Shown here piece after piece: positions 1 through 7,966 of a DNA stretch of 64,000 bases; position 1 is the first letter of the stretch; the number at the start of each line of letters is the position of its first letter. Source of the DNA: an uncultured Oscillibacter sp. (lineage in GTDB: Bacteria > Bacillota > Clostridia > Oscillospirales > Oscillospiraceae); the NCBI GenBank assembly GCA_947577075.1, contig CANPTW010000005.1, positions 2,890-66,889 on the forward strand. The letters run 5' to 3'. The notes under the pieces are model-generated. The model was not told the DNA's origin. It searched no databases and saw only the letters and a program-made list of their open reading frames with translations. A program made the position numbers and the translations under genes.

Positions 1-62
1 TCACCATGGGCCACAAGGCGGATGATCACGAGGAGTACCAGGGACCGTCTATGTCCATGTAA
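1..62 (+). CDS. 3' end of a gene entering the window; C-terminus resembles clostridial relaxase (MobP-type) tails
   Basis: The frame reads TMGHKADDHEEYQGPSMSM-stop and lies just upstream of an integrase. The family call is from memory of similar C-termini only. Confidence 0.35.
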   Translation, partial: TMGHKADDHEEYQGPSMSM

Positions 63-204
63 CGAGTTCAAAATCTGATCTGCAATAAACAAAGAAAAGT
101 TCCAAACCAGCAAATCCAAATTTTTTGATAACACCACATGCAACCACTGGATATTTTTGTGAACTGCTGGTATGGTGTGTTGCTGACAAAGGAGGCGATG
201 TGCC

Positions 205-1344
205 ATGGCGAAAAGACGTGCCAATGGAGAAGGTAGTATTCGCAAGCGAAAGGATGGCCGCTGGGAGGGACGCTACACAGCGGGCCGTGATCCAGTGACC
301 GGGAAGGTGATCTACAAAAATGTCCTCGGCAAGACCCAGGCGGAGGTCAAGGCAAAACTCAAGGCTGCTATCGAAAAAAGTAATTCGCCGGTTGCAGTTA
401 CCGAACGCTATACCGTAGGCCAATGGCTGGATGCCTGGATGGAAAACTACGCCAAGCTCCAGGTCCGTCCCTCGTCCCACAAGACCTACCAGGGGTTTAT
501 TGAGAACCACATCAAGCCCACCCTCGGGGACATCCTGCTGGAAAAGCTGACGGCGATGGACCTCCAGCGGTTGTACAAGCATCTGCTGGAAAGCGGCAGG
601 GTGGAGTGTACAGAATCCAGAAGTAAGCCCAAGGGCCTCAGCGTCAAGACGGTGCGGAACATCAACCAGATGATTTCCTCCGCCCTGAACTGTGCGGTAG
701 GGCAAAAGCTGATTCCCAGTAATCCTACGAAAGGCTGTGTCCTCCCAAAGCTGGAACGGAAAGAGATGAAAATCCTGCCGCCGGAGAATCTGGGCACCTT
801 CTTCGAGGAGGCGAGGCGAAGCGGCGTGTTTGAGCTGTACTACATTGACCTCGCAACGGGCCTCCGGCGAGGGGAACTGCTTGGGCTGAAATGGAGCGAC
901 ATTGATCTGGACAAGGGGATCATCCACGTTCGACGACAGGTCCTTCGGCAGAACGGGGAAGTGGTAGAAGCTCCGCTGAAAACGAAAAATTCCTACCGCA
1001 ATATTGCGATAGGAGTGGACGCCATCAAAGTCCTCAAAGGCATGGAGCAGAAAGATGAGTACGTATTTCCATCGCCATACGGCGGCCCGATGTCCCCGGA
1101 CAGCGTTCTCCATATGCTGCAACGAGTTCTAAAGAGGGCAGGGTTGGAGCGGATACGCTTCCACGACCTACGTCACACATTCTCAGTTCTGGCTCTGCAA
1201 AACGGCGTAGACGTAAAAACCCTCTCCGCCATGCTGGGGCATTACAGTGCCGGTTTCACCCTCGACACCTACGCCCATGTGACTACCTCCATGCAGAAGC
1301 AGGCGGCGAACGCGGTGGGGAATTTCCTCTCCGGCGCTCTCTGA
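205..1344 (+). CDS. int: Tyrosine recombinase/integrase (Tn916/phage-like)
   Basis: N-terminus MAKRRANGEGSIRKRKDGRWEGR; catalytic motifs LRRGELLGL, FHDLRHT, LGH and TYAH; RBS AAAGGAGG. Confidence 0.95.
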   Translation: MAKRRANGEGSIRKRKDGRWEGRYTAGRDPVTGKVIYKNVLGKTQAEVKAKLKAAIEKSNSPVAVTERYTVGQWLDAWMENYAKLQVRPSSHKTYQGFIENHIKPTLGDILLEKLTAMDLQRLYKHLLESGRVECTESRSKPKGLSVKTVRNINQMISSALNCAVGQKLIPSNPTKGCVLPKLERKEMKILPPENLGTFFEEARRSGVFELYYIDLATGLRRGELLGLKWSDIDLDKGIIHVRRQVLRQNGEVVEAPLKTKNSYRNIAIGVDAIKVLKGMEQKDEYVFPSPYGGPMSPDSVLHMLQRVLKRAGLERIRFHDLRHTFSVLALQNGVDVKTLSAMLGHYSAGFTLDTYAHVTTSMQKQAANAVGNFLSGAL

Positions 1345-1368
1345 TGATTTCCGCTCCGAACTCTGGTA

Positions 1369-1387
1369 TGGGTCACGGCTTGGGTCA
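1369..1387 (+). repeat. Direct repeat TGGGTCA x2, probable integrase arm-type sites
   Basis: TGGGTCA at 1369-1375 and 1381-1387, between the int stop and the tRNA 3' end. Confidence 0.5.
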
Positions 1388-1436
1388 AATCGGAGCCACA
1401 AAATTAAATCACCAGAAAAAGTGCAGAAAGTAAGAA

Positions 1437-1469
1437 CAAAACCACGGAAATTCGTTGAATTTCCGTGGC
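1437..1469 (-). terminator. Intrinsic terminator downstream of tRNA-Arg
   Basis: Stem CCACGGAAATTC/GAATTTCCGTGG followed by a T-run on the minus strand. Confidence 0.7.
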
Positions 1470-1471
1470 TT

Positions 1472-1548
1472 TGGTACGCCCTGAGGGATTCGAACCCCCG
1501 GCCTTCTGGTCCGTAGCCAGACGCTCTATCCAGCTGAGCTAAGGGCGC
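1472..1548 (-). tRNA. tRNA-Arg(ACG); its 3' end is the likely att site of the integrase element to the left
   Basis: Reverse complement is GCGCCCTTAGCTCAGCTGGATAGAGCGTCTGGCTACGGACCAGAAGGCCGGGGGTTCGAATCCCTCAGGGCGTACCA, with anticodon ACG and encoded CCA. Confidence 0.97.
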
Positions 1549-1577
1549 ACATCCTGTCCATCTCAGACAGCTTCATC

Positions 1578-1606
1578 ATAATAGCACACCCTCATTGGAA
1601 ATGCAA
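1578..1606 (-). promoter_or_regulatory. sigmaA promoter of tRNA-Arg
   Basis: TTGCAT-17 nt-TATTAT on the minus strand. Confidence 0.65.
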
Positions 1607-1711
1607 GCCTTTTTTTCTATCTTTCAAAATTTTGTTGGTTTACACTTTTATTAAGAAAGCCCCGAACCAGAAAATACCAGAGGCGAACTATCAAAATGAA
1701 CGAAAAAGGTA

Positions 1712-1956
1712 GTCAAAACCTCCGGCCAAGCCGGAGGCTTGAGTAGGTCCTAGAAGGGCCTGATACCGGTGAGCGTCTCAAGACGCATCGAATATCTTTC
1801 GCCTGCATCGCTCGCCCCACCGCCCGTAAACGGGCAACTTGCCTTCTCCCGAAAGTCTTTGCATAACTGCCAGATGGCAAGTTGTCAACTCGCTTCGCTC
1901 GTAGCTTTTTGCTGAAGCATATGGGGGAGCCCACCAGCAGAACTGGTGGTTCTTTC
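1712..1956 (-). mobile_element. Non-autonomous IS200/IS605-like element (PATE-like), no transposase
   Basis: Subterminal hairpins CCACCAG/CTGGTGG (1931-1949) and CCTCCGGC/GCCGGAGG (1719-1737). The minus strand ends in TTTTGAC. Internal hairpins GCCCGTTTACGGGC and GCGTCTTGAGACGC resemble Firmicutes IS200 right ends. Confidence 0.55.
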
Positions 1957-1978
1957 TACCCAAAAGGAGTAAACAAGC

Positions 1979-2224
1979 ATGAGAATCAGAATTGAAGGAA
2001 AAGCGCACCTCAAGGGCATGTCCAAGCGGACTGGCCAGCCCTACGACTTCATCCAAGTCCACTACCTGGCCCCGGACCGTGGTGTCGTCGGCAAGGCGGC
2101 GCTTACCCTGGCCCTCGAACCCCAAAACTACAACTTCGACGCCATCCCCGTCGGCTCCGAGGTCAACGTCGAGTTTGATAACCGTGGCAACGTCGTTACC
2201 TTCTCTCCCGTGACGGCGAAATGA
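1979..2224 (+). CDS. Putative ssDNA-binding protein (inovirus g5p-like)
   Basis: 81 aa, beta-rich (GMSKRTGQPYDF...VNVEFDNRG), RBS AAAGGAG, located immediately before Rep. Confidence 0.6.
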   Translation: MRIRIEGKAHLKGMSKRTGQPYDFIQVHYLAPDRGVVGKAALTLALEPQNYNFDAIPVGSEVNVEFDNRGNVVTFSPVTAK

Positions 2225-2266
2225 CGCCGCCACGCCCACCATCCGCAAGCCCTCCCGTTTTGTCCT

Positions 2267-2300
2267 GCGCCCGGCCCCCACCACCGTGTGGGGGCGGGCG
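2267..2300. other. GC-rich hairpin, candidate replication-origin structure
   Basis: CGCCCGGCCCCCAC...GTGGGGGCGGGCG between the SSB-like gene and Rep. Confidence 0.3.
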
Positions 2301-2353
2301 TTGACCCCTACTCGATAGGGCAACAAATTGACATCATCTGAAAATGGGAGTGC

Positions 2354-3348
2354 TTGCGTATGCCGGACTTCATTCTCGACCCATGGGGGGACCCTATTCC
2401 CCTGGGAGACTGGCTCCACCCGCATATCCTCCCCCGTGCCTCTTGGGACGACTGCCGCTTTGAGGACCTGCGGAAAACCTATACTGAAAAATTCCGTGGC
2501 TACGGCTTCGCCAATACCCACACCAATGCCCGCTATAAGCTCTACCGCTCCAAGGCCGGCCTTCAAGTCTCCAACGACAACATCTTCCCCCCACGGCGGA
2601 TTGGGAAAACGACAAGGGCCGCAAAGGCAGAGCCTACGACGTGCCCTCCAAAGGCAAAGCGGCGGACTCTCAACGTGCGTCAGAGGAAGCCCGCCGCAGG
2701 GCAAAGTCCAAGGTCCGGGATATCGCCTTGTGCAACCAGTTCACCCACATGCTCACCTGGACCCTGGACAAAGAGAAGGTGGGCCGCTACGATCCTGAAC
2801 AGGTCTATAAAAAGGTCCGTCCCTTCCTCTCCAACATGACCCAGCGCAAGGGCTTCCTTTACGTGGTCATTCCAGAGTATCACACTCTAAAAGAGGGCGA
2901 AACCCGCCCCGCGATCCACTTCCACGGCCTTTGCTCCCTGGGCTCCGTCCGCATTGAAAGGGCCCTTCTGCCCTCCGGCTCTCCAAGGGCGGACAAGCAT
3001 GGGCGGCCCGTCTATAACGTGACCGATTGGGGCCTTGGCTGGTCCACCGTCGTCCCCTTGGACAACGACTATGAAAAGGCCGTCAACTACGTCACCAAGT
3101 ACATAGCCAAGCAGGAAGAAAAAATCCTCGGCAAATACTACCTGTCCTCCCGCACGCTCCGCAAGAAGCCGGAAATCGTCCCCCTGGAATGGGGCCTTGA
3201 CTATGATTCCTTCGTTGATGAGGCAAAACTGGCAACAGGCCAGCAATACGAATCCACGGTGTTCCGTGACGTGAAAATCGTCAACGAGGAATTTAACCGG
3301 AGTGATTTTGATGAAGAAAGCAAATCCCGAAAGCAGGATAACCTGTAG
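2354..3348 (+). pseudogene. Rolling-circle replication initiator (HUH Rep), frameshifted at a C6 run (2587-2592) or a sequencing error
   Basis: Motif I MLTWTL, motif II IHFHGL and motif III YVTKY lie in 2641-3348. One extra C joins the 2354 ORF (…NDNIFPP) to TADWE… in the Rep frame. Confidence 0.8.
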
Positions 3349-3469
3349 CGAATGTATTTTCTGCGGCAAGGACCCTCCGTCCTGCGCCGCACACCGTAAC
3401 CACCCTATCACCCGGCAGGAATATTACATCCGCCCCGTCTGGTGTCCCTTCGGCGGAAAACCCTCCTGA
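3311..3469 (+). CDS. 52-aa Cys-rich (putative Zn-binding) phage protein, not in the ORF track
   Basis: MKKANPESRITCSECIFCGKDPPSCAAHRNHPITRQEYYIRPVWCPFGGKPS; GGAG upstream; overlaps the Rep 3' end. Confidence 0.55.
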   Translation: MKKANPESRITCSECIFCGKDPPSCAAHRNHPITRQEYYIRPVWCPFGGKPS

Positions 3470-3495
3470 TTCCCTCTTTCTGAAAGTGTGCTTGC

Positions 3496-3524
3496 AAAAC
3501 CCGGCACGCTGTCACGTACCGGGT
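3496..3524 (-). terminator. Terminator of the 32-aa peptide gene
   Basis: ACCCGG…CCGGGT stem followed by TTTT on the minus strand. Confidence 0.5.
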
Positions 3525-3532
3525 CTATGCGG

Positions 3533-3631
3533 TTATTTTACTCCCAGCTTTTGAGCGGCGAAATGTATCGCCCACACGGAAATAAGCAATAGCCCGCCGC
3601 TTGATGTTGCAAATTTAAGGATTGCGTTCAT
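3533..3631 (-). CDS. 32-aa hydrophobic peptide (type I toxin-like or phage accessory); RBS interrupted by IS110
   Basis: MNAILKFATSSGGLLLISVWAIHFAAQKLGVK. Removing the IS restores AAAGAAAGGAGG and links the gene to the promoter at 5338-5366. Confidence 0.6.
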   Translation of the reverse strand: MNAILKFATSSGGLLLISVWAIHFAAQKLGVK

Positions 3632-3659
3632 TTCTTGGTCGCCTCCTATTACAATAAAT

Positions 3660-3880
3660 TTGGACAGGAAAGCCGGGCAGCCAGTCCGGCTTTCATTCCA
3701 TCTCGTGCCTAAGCTACAATGAGAGGAGCAACTGGCTGACCATCGCCTCGCTGGGCTTCTATGTCCGAAAGAAAGACTGTCAGCCATCCTCTTGTTGCAG
3801 CGTTCGATTTGAGCAGGTTGAGCCTTAGAGTTCGCGTCACCCAATAGATTGAATCGGCAGCGAGAAAAAGATGGATTCCG
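3660..3880 (+). ncRNA. IS110 bridge RNA (left non-coding end)
   Basis: Target loop closed by TGGCTGAC/GTCAGCCA, with guides TCGCCTC (3743-3749) and AAAGAAAG (3768-3775) matching the flanks. Donor loop has AGCAG (3812-3816) and AATAGAT (3843-3849) matching the circle junction. Boundaries are approximate. Confidence 0.8.
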
Positions 3881-3907
3881 GTTGCAGATTTGTATGGGGG
3901 TAGATAT

Positions 3908-5115
3908 ATGAACTCTGTTGGCATCGACATTTCCAAAGGCAGAAGCACGGTCGCCGTCATGCGTCCTTTTGGCGAAGTTGTCGCCCCGCCCTTTGAAGTA
4001 CATCACACCGCCAGCGAACTAAGCGAGCTGGCAAAGCGGCTCAAAAGCCTGGACGGTGAGACCCGCGTGGTCATGGAGGCTACAGGAAATTACCATGCGC
4101 CAGTCGCCTGGCTGCTCCATAACGCTGACCTTTATGTTTCCATCGTCAATGCAAAACTGGTGCGTGGCTATGGGAACAACGCTCTGAGACGTGTCAAGAC
4201 CGACAGGAAAGACGCCGTAAAGCTGGCGAACTACGGCCTTGACCGCTGGCTTACTTTGCCGAGGTATGCCCCAGAAGAAGATACCCGGCTGCTGTTGAAG
4301 AACTGCCATCGTCAGTACCAGCAGTATTCCAAGGTGCAGACCTTGTTGAAAACAACCTGATCTCCTTGCTGGATACGACCTTTCCAAATGCGGACCGCCT
4401 GTTTAACAGCCCTGCCCGTGCAGATGGAAGCGAGAAATGGGTAGACTTCGCGGCGGACTTCTGGCACTGCGGATGCGTCTGTGAACGCTCTGAAAAGGTA
4501 TTCAGGAACAAGTATCAGCGTTGGTGCAGAAAACACAGCTACAATTTCAGCGAAGGAAAGGTTCACGACATTTACACCAAAGCCAGTGGATGCATCGGCG
4601 TTATGCCAAAATCTGATACCACAAAGTTGCTTGTGGAACAAGCTGTATCCCAACTCAGGGCAACCTCTGCCTCACTTGCTGCACTCAAGCAGGAGATGCA
4701 GACACTGGCTTCCCAACTGCCGGAGTATCCCGTTGTCATGAAGATGTTCGGCGTTGGTCCAGCCCTTGGCCCGCAACTTATAGCCGAGATCGGCGATGTG
4801 CGCCGCTTCCACTCTAAGAAAGCTCTTGTGGCCTATGCCGGTATTGACGCACCGCCGAATGATTCGGGCGATGTAACCGGCAGACACAAGGGTATGAGCA
4901 AAATCGGTACACCTTCTCTGCGCCGGACACTTTTCCTTGTTATGAGTATCTACTTACAGCGATCGCTGCTGAATGAACCTGTTTACCTGTTCATGGACAA
5001 AAAGCGATCCGAAGGGGAACCCTATCGTGTCTACATGATGGCATCCGCCAACAAATTCCTGCGTATCTACTACGCCACAGTGAAAGCCTACTTGGAATCT
5101 TTAGAGCAGTTCTGA
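3908..5115 (+). pseudogene. IS110 DEDD recombinase, split by a one-base frameshift in an A-run near 4350
   Basis: Motifs VGIDISK, VMEATG, KTDRKDA and AYAGIDAPPNDSG. One extra A gives the continuous read LLKNNLISLLDTTFP. Confidence 0.9.
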
Positions 5116-5337
5116 CCTTGCCGCATGCCTTTGGCTGGCCGCCGTTTTAATTTTGAAATGCGAAGCGGCTTGGTTTATTGTACTCTTTTTTGCCTTTTCA
5201 AAATTTTTGAATTTCCCTCTTGACAATACTTAGCAGATCTTTCTTTGATAGTTAAGGATTGGTTTCCTCTTTCTATGTGGATTGGTGTGCCCCCTTTCAG
5301 GGGCCTTCTGGAAAATTGTTTTAGTTTGGTCGCTAGC

Positions 5338-5366
5338 ATTTTATCAGAACAAAAGTACCGTGTCAA
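5338..5366 (-). promoter_or_regulatory. Strong sigmaA promoter for the 32-aa peptide, now separated from it by IS110
   Basis: TTGACA-17 nt-TAAAAT with extended -10 TG. Confidence 0.7.
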
Positions 5367-5426
5367 ATGAACAAACCGTGAAAAAACCGCATTTTGTAAG
5401 TACACTTTCAAAAGGAGGGAATCCAA

Positions 5427-5681
5427 ATGTACAGCGTCCTTCTCGGCCTCCCCTGCCGTATCCTGGCAATCTTGGAGGGCCTAAGCATGGCGATTTCCTT
5501 CGCCGTGGAGAAGTCCGAAAGCTCCCTCCTGTACCTCCTGTGCAAAGCCGCCGCCTATGTCGACATCGCCGCTATCCTGGGCCGTGTCACCCGCTTGGAG
5601 GCAATGGAGCTCCGCACCATCATCGCCGTCCACGCCGCCATGGCGGAGCCCAAGCCCGCCGAGTATTGGAAGGCGCAGTGA
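5427..5681 (+). CDS. Phage hypothetical protein
   Basis: 84 aa, RBS AAAGGAGG. Confidence 0.6.
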   Translation: MYSVLLGLPCRILAILEGLSMAISFAVEKSESSLLYLLCKAAAYVDIAAILGRVTRLEAMELRTIIAVHAAMAEPKPAEYWKAQ

Positions 5682-5682
5682 T

Positions 5683-5808
5683 ATGGCTATCATGCTGTTC
5701 AAGCTGTTCGTGTTAGCTTGGGTCGCCTCCTGCGTGGGCTTTAGCTCTGGTCTGTCCCTGTGCTGGCTCTTCGACAAAATCGAAGTTCATTTCAACAAAG
5801 AATCGTAA
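5683..5808 (+). CDS. 41-aa single-TM protein (minor-coat-like)
   Basis: MAIMLFKLFVLAWVASCVGFSSGLSLCWLFDK…; starts right after the upstream stop. Confidence 0.5.
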   Translation: MAIMLFKLFVLAWVASCVGFSSGLSLCWLFDKIEVHFNKES

Positions 5809-5820
5809 GGAGGGCTTCCC

Positions 5821-6072
5821 ATGCTTGAAGCTGTTGTAAATCTGGCCTCTACTGATACGCTGGCTTCCGCTGTCCTTTCCCTCTCTGAAACCTTCCATTG
5901 CACGCCGCTGGAAGTGTTCAGGACTATGACCGATGTAGCTTGCGTCATAGCGGCAGTTTTTGCAATCTTTCTGTCGTTTTGGGTTGACTACCTTTTTTAT
6001 AAAGTCCCCCGCCTCTTTCGCAAGCTCCGCCCCCATTTCTACCGTATCATTCACCGCATTTTGAAAGTGTAG
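5821..6072 (+). CDS. Small TM protein with basic C-terminus (coat-like)
   Basis: Hydrophobic stretch VACVIAAVFAIFLSFWVDYLF followed by an R/K-rich tail; RBS AAGGAGG. Confidence 0.6.
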   Translation: MLEAVVNLASTDTLASAVLSLSETFHCTPLEVFRTMTDVACVIAAVFAIFLSFWVDYLFYKVPRLFRKLRPHFYRIIHRILKV

Positions 6073-6119
6073 TTTCAAAAGAAAAAGGACCGCCAAGCGG
6101 CCCTTAATAGGGGGTTATT

Positions 6120-6359
6120 ATGGGATATTCGGAGTTGTACAATCTTGTTGTTCCCAGTGCTGAAGAAGCATCTTTTATGTTAGACGTGATTCTCTTTGCT
6201 TTTTTCCTGACGTTTGAACTCTTTTCCATTCTTGTGCTTTTGTTCATTGCGGTCGGGTTTTTGCTTTTCCTCTGGGATTTCGTAAAATCCATACCGGGGT
6301 GGTTTAGAAACCGTCGTTCTTGCTTTAAGAGCTTTCACCACAAGAAGAACCGCCCCTAG
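6120..6359 (+). CDS. Small TM protein with acidic N-terminus and basic C-terminus (coat-like)
   Basis: 79 aa with a long hydrophobic core; RBS-like AGGGGG. Confidence 0.55.
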   Translation: MGYSELYNLVVPSAEEASFMLDVILFAFFLTFELFSILVLLFIAVGFLLFLWDFVKSIPGWFRNRRSCFKSFHHKKNRP

Positions 6360-6535
6360 CACCCCTCCTCCGGGGCATAGCTCTTGCGGTGCCTCTCCTC
6401 CGCTCTGGTCTTCTCCTCGTAAATTGTCCTTGTCGTGAACTTTATCAAGTGCTTGATAGCAAAGAAGATTCCTACGGGAATGGCTATTATTAGAATCAAT
6501 GTCAGGATTATTGACAGTTGGGGTAAATATCACAT
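6356..6535 (-). pseudogene. Single-TM 59-codon gene with TGA at codon 2
   Basis: AGGAGG RBS, then ATG TGA, then in-frame YLPQLSIILTLILIIAIPVGIFFAIKHLIKF…EGC-stop. It has its own promoter TTGAAA-17-TAAAAT at 6562-6590. Confidence 0.55.
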
Positions 6536-6590
6536 ATGCCGCAACCTCCTTTTTTATCTTAATTTTACAGTATTGGAGAGTGATTTTCAA

Positions 6591-7849
6591 GTGTTTCGCA
6601 ACTTTTTTAAATCTTGTCTTTGCTCTCTTTTGATGGTTTCTCTTTTGGCCTCTCTGACTACTCCAGCTTCTGCTGTTTCTCCTGATATTGTGGCTTCCTT
6701 GGTCGGGACTGATTTTTTCTCTTGGGTGGCAGACCAGACGGCTGATGTTGTCGGCTTTATTGGTAGCCTTTTTGATAAGTCAGTTTGTGGTATGAATCCT
6801 AATACGGATAAACGGCATGATTTTGAAATGCGGCATACTACAGTTGATGGAAAAACTGGCTATTTTTATGTCTGTAGGTTTTGTGGTGGTTCCGCCGGAG
6901 AAGTCCTAGAACCCGCCTACAACGACTACGTCGACACCCTCCCGGCCAGCGGCTGCAATTCCTCCGGTCATATTGTGTGGCATTCTTCAATTGACGATGT
7001 TCTTTATTTAAAAACCGCCAATTATACAAAAAATATGTATGTTTCTGATTTGCCGTTTGAGACATCAATGGTTTCGCGCATAAGTGTAAATTCTTCTAAT
7101 TCTTTTCGTATTGGTCCTTCTCAACAAGGTACTTCTAACTTAACATCTGGTACAAACTTCTCTTTTTGGCTGAAAGCTCCGATGGACGGTTCGTATCGGA
7201 TGGTAGCTTCCCCCGGTATTCTATCTATTATGGTACGGCTGAAGGAGTATACAGAACTGTTACTGGTTCCTATGAAGAAGCAGGGCTTTTTGGTTATTGT
7301 TCTGCCGGTGGCACGCTTTCTGCATCGGTTATACATACTTTTGAGGAAGGAACTCACCGTATTTATACTGATTCGATTGGAATTCTTCCTGTTTATGAAG
7401 TTGTTCCTAATACTGCTGTCCCTTCAAATACCTACAACATCACGACCCGCCCGACGAGTATCACAGGCGGCAACTACGGCATAGTCGGAGACAACGGACA
7501 AATCACCAAAGTAGAAGACAACTCCACCATAGTCAACGAAACCAATAACACTTACTACAACCCTGCAACAGGTGCAACCGTCCCCATAGTCAACTGGTCC
7601 TACGATTATTCGGACCGCTCCTACAAGGTCACTCTGGACGGCGGCAAAACCTCCACCGTCACCTATGGAGACGAAAACATCTCCATCGTAGAAACCACCA
7701 TCAACGAATCCGGAGACACCATTACCAACAACTACACTATCTACTATCTAATCGATGGCTCCGGCTCCCAAACCCCCGTAGACCCACCCTCCGCCTGCGA
7801 TCACTCCGTCGATTTCCTGTTTCATACACAAAAGTATGGCCGCGTCTAA
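6591..7849 (+). pseudogene. pIII-like adsorption protein, frameshifted at C5 (7210-7214) and 3'-truncated near 7808
   Basis: Signal peptide …LLASLTTPASA, a CRFC motif, a T/N/G-rich region and a P-rich linker. It stops at CDHS, where a repeat fragment begins. Confidence 0.6.
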
Positions 7850-7911
7850 TCGCCTTGACCCGCAAAAAATCTCTCGCCGTTGGGGATTCTGCCATATATC
7901 AAACAAGGCCT
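7805..7911. repeat. Partial MITE-like repeat (same family as 30008 and 46105)
   Basis: AAAAATCTCTCGCCGTTGGG…TCAAACAAGGCCT matches the right halves of the other copies. Confidence 0.65.
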
Positions 7912-7966
7912 AAGCGGATCGGAAAACAGCCGCCTGGGGAACGCGAAGGGACGGCCGAATCTAATA

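Larger units (their letters stand above)
3646..5240 (+). mobile_element. IS110-family insertion sequence with CT core
   Basis: CT core at 3646-3647 and 5239-5240. The circle junction rebuilds TTGACA-17 nt-TACAAT. A DEDD recombinase lies inside. Confidence 0.9.
1979..7808 (+). mobile_element. Truncated inovirus-like (filamentous phage) prophage
   Basis: Gene order is small SSB-like, HUH Rep, several small TM proteins, then a signal-peptide pIII-like protein. No Zot/pI gene is present, and the element is cut at about 7808. Confidence 0.7.

Noticed and set aside
205-1344. Integrase as the phage's own integration gene
   Set aside because: It lies on the other side of an intact tRNA with its own promoter, and its geometry fits an element extending left.
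1712-1956. Possible HEARO/omegaRNA (the GTCAA plus hairpin start is similar)
   Set aside because: No IscB, IsrB or TnpB ORF follows, and the layout fits IS200-type ends better.
6530-6532. Selenocysteine readthrough of the codon-2 TGA
   Set aside because: There is no redox motif context and no evident SECIS-like hairpin downstream.
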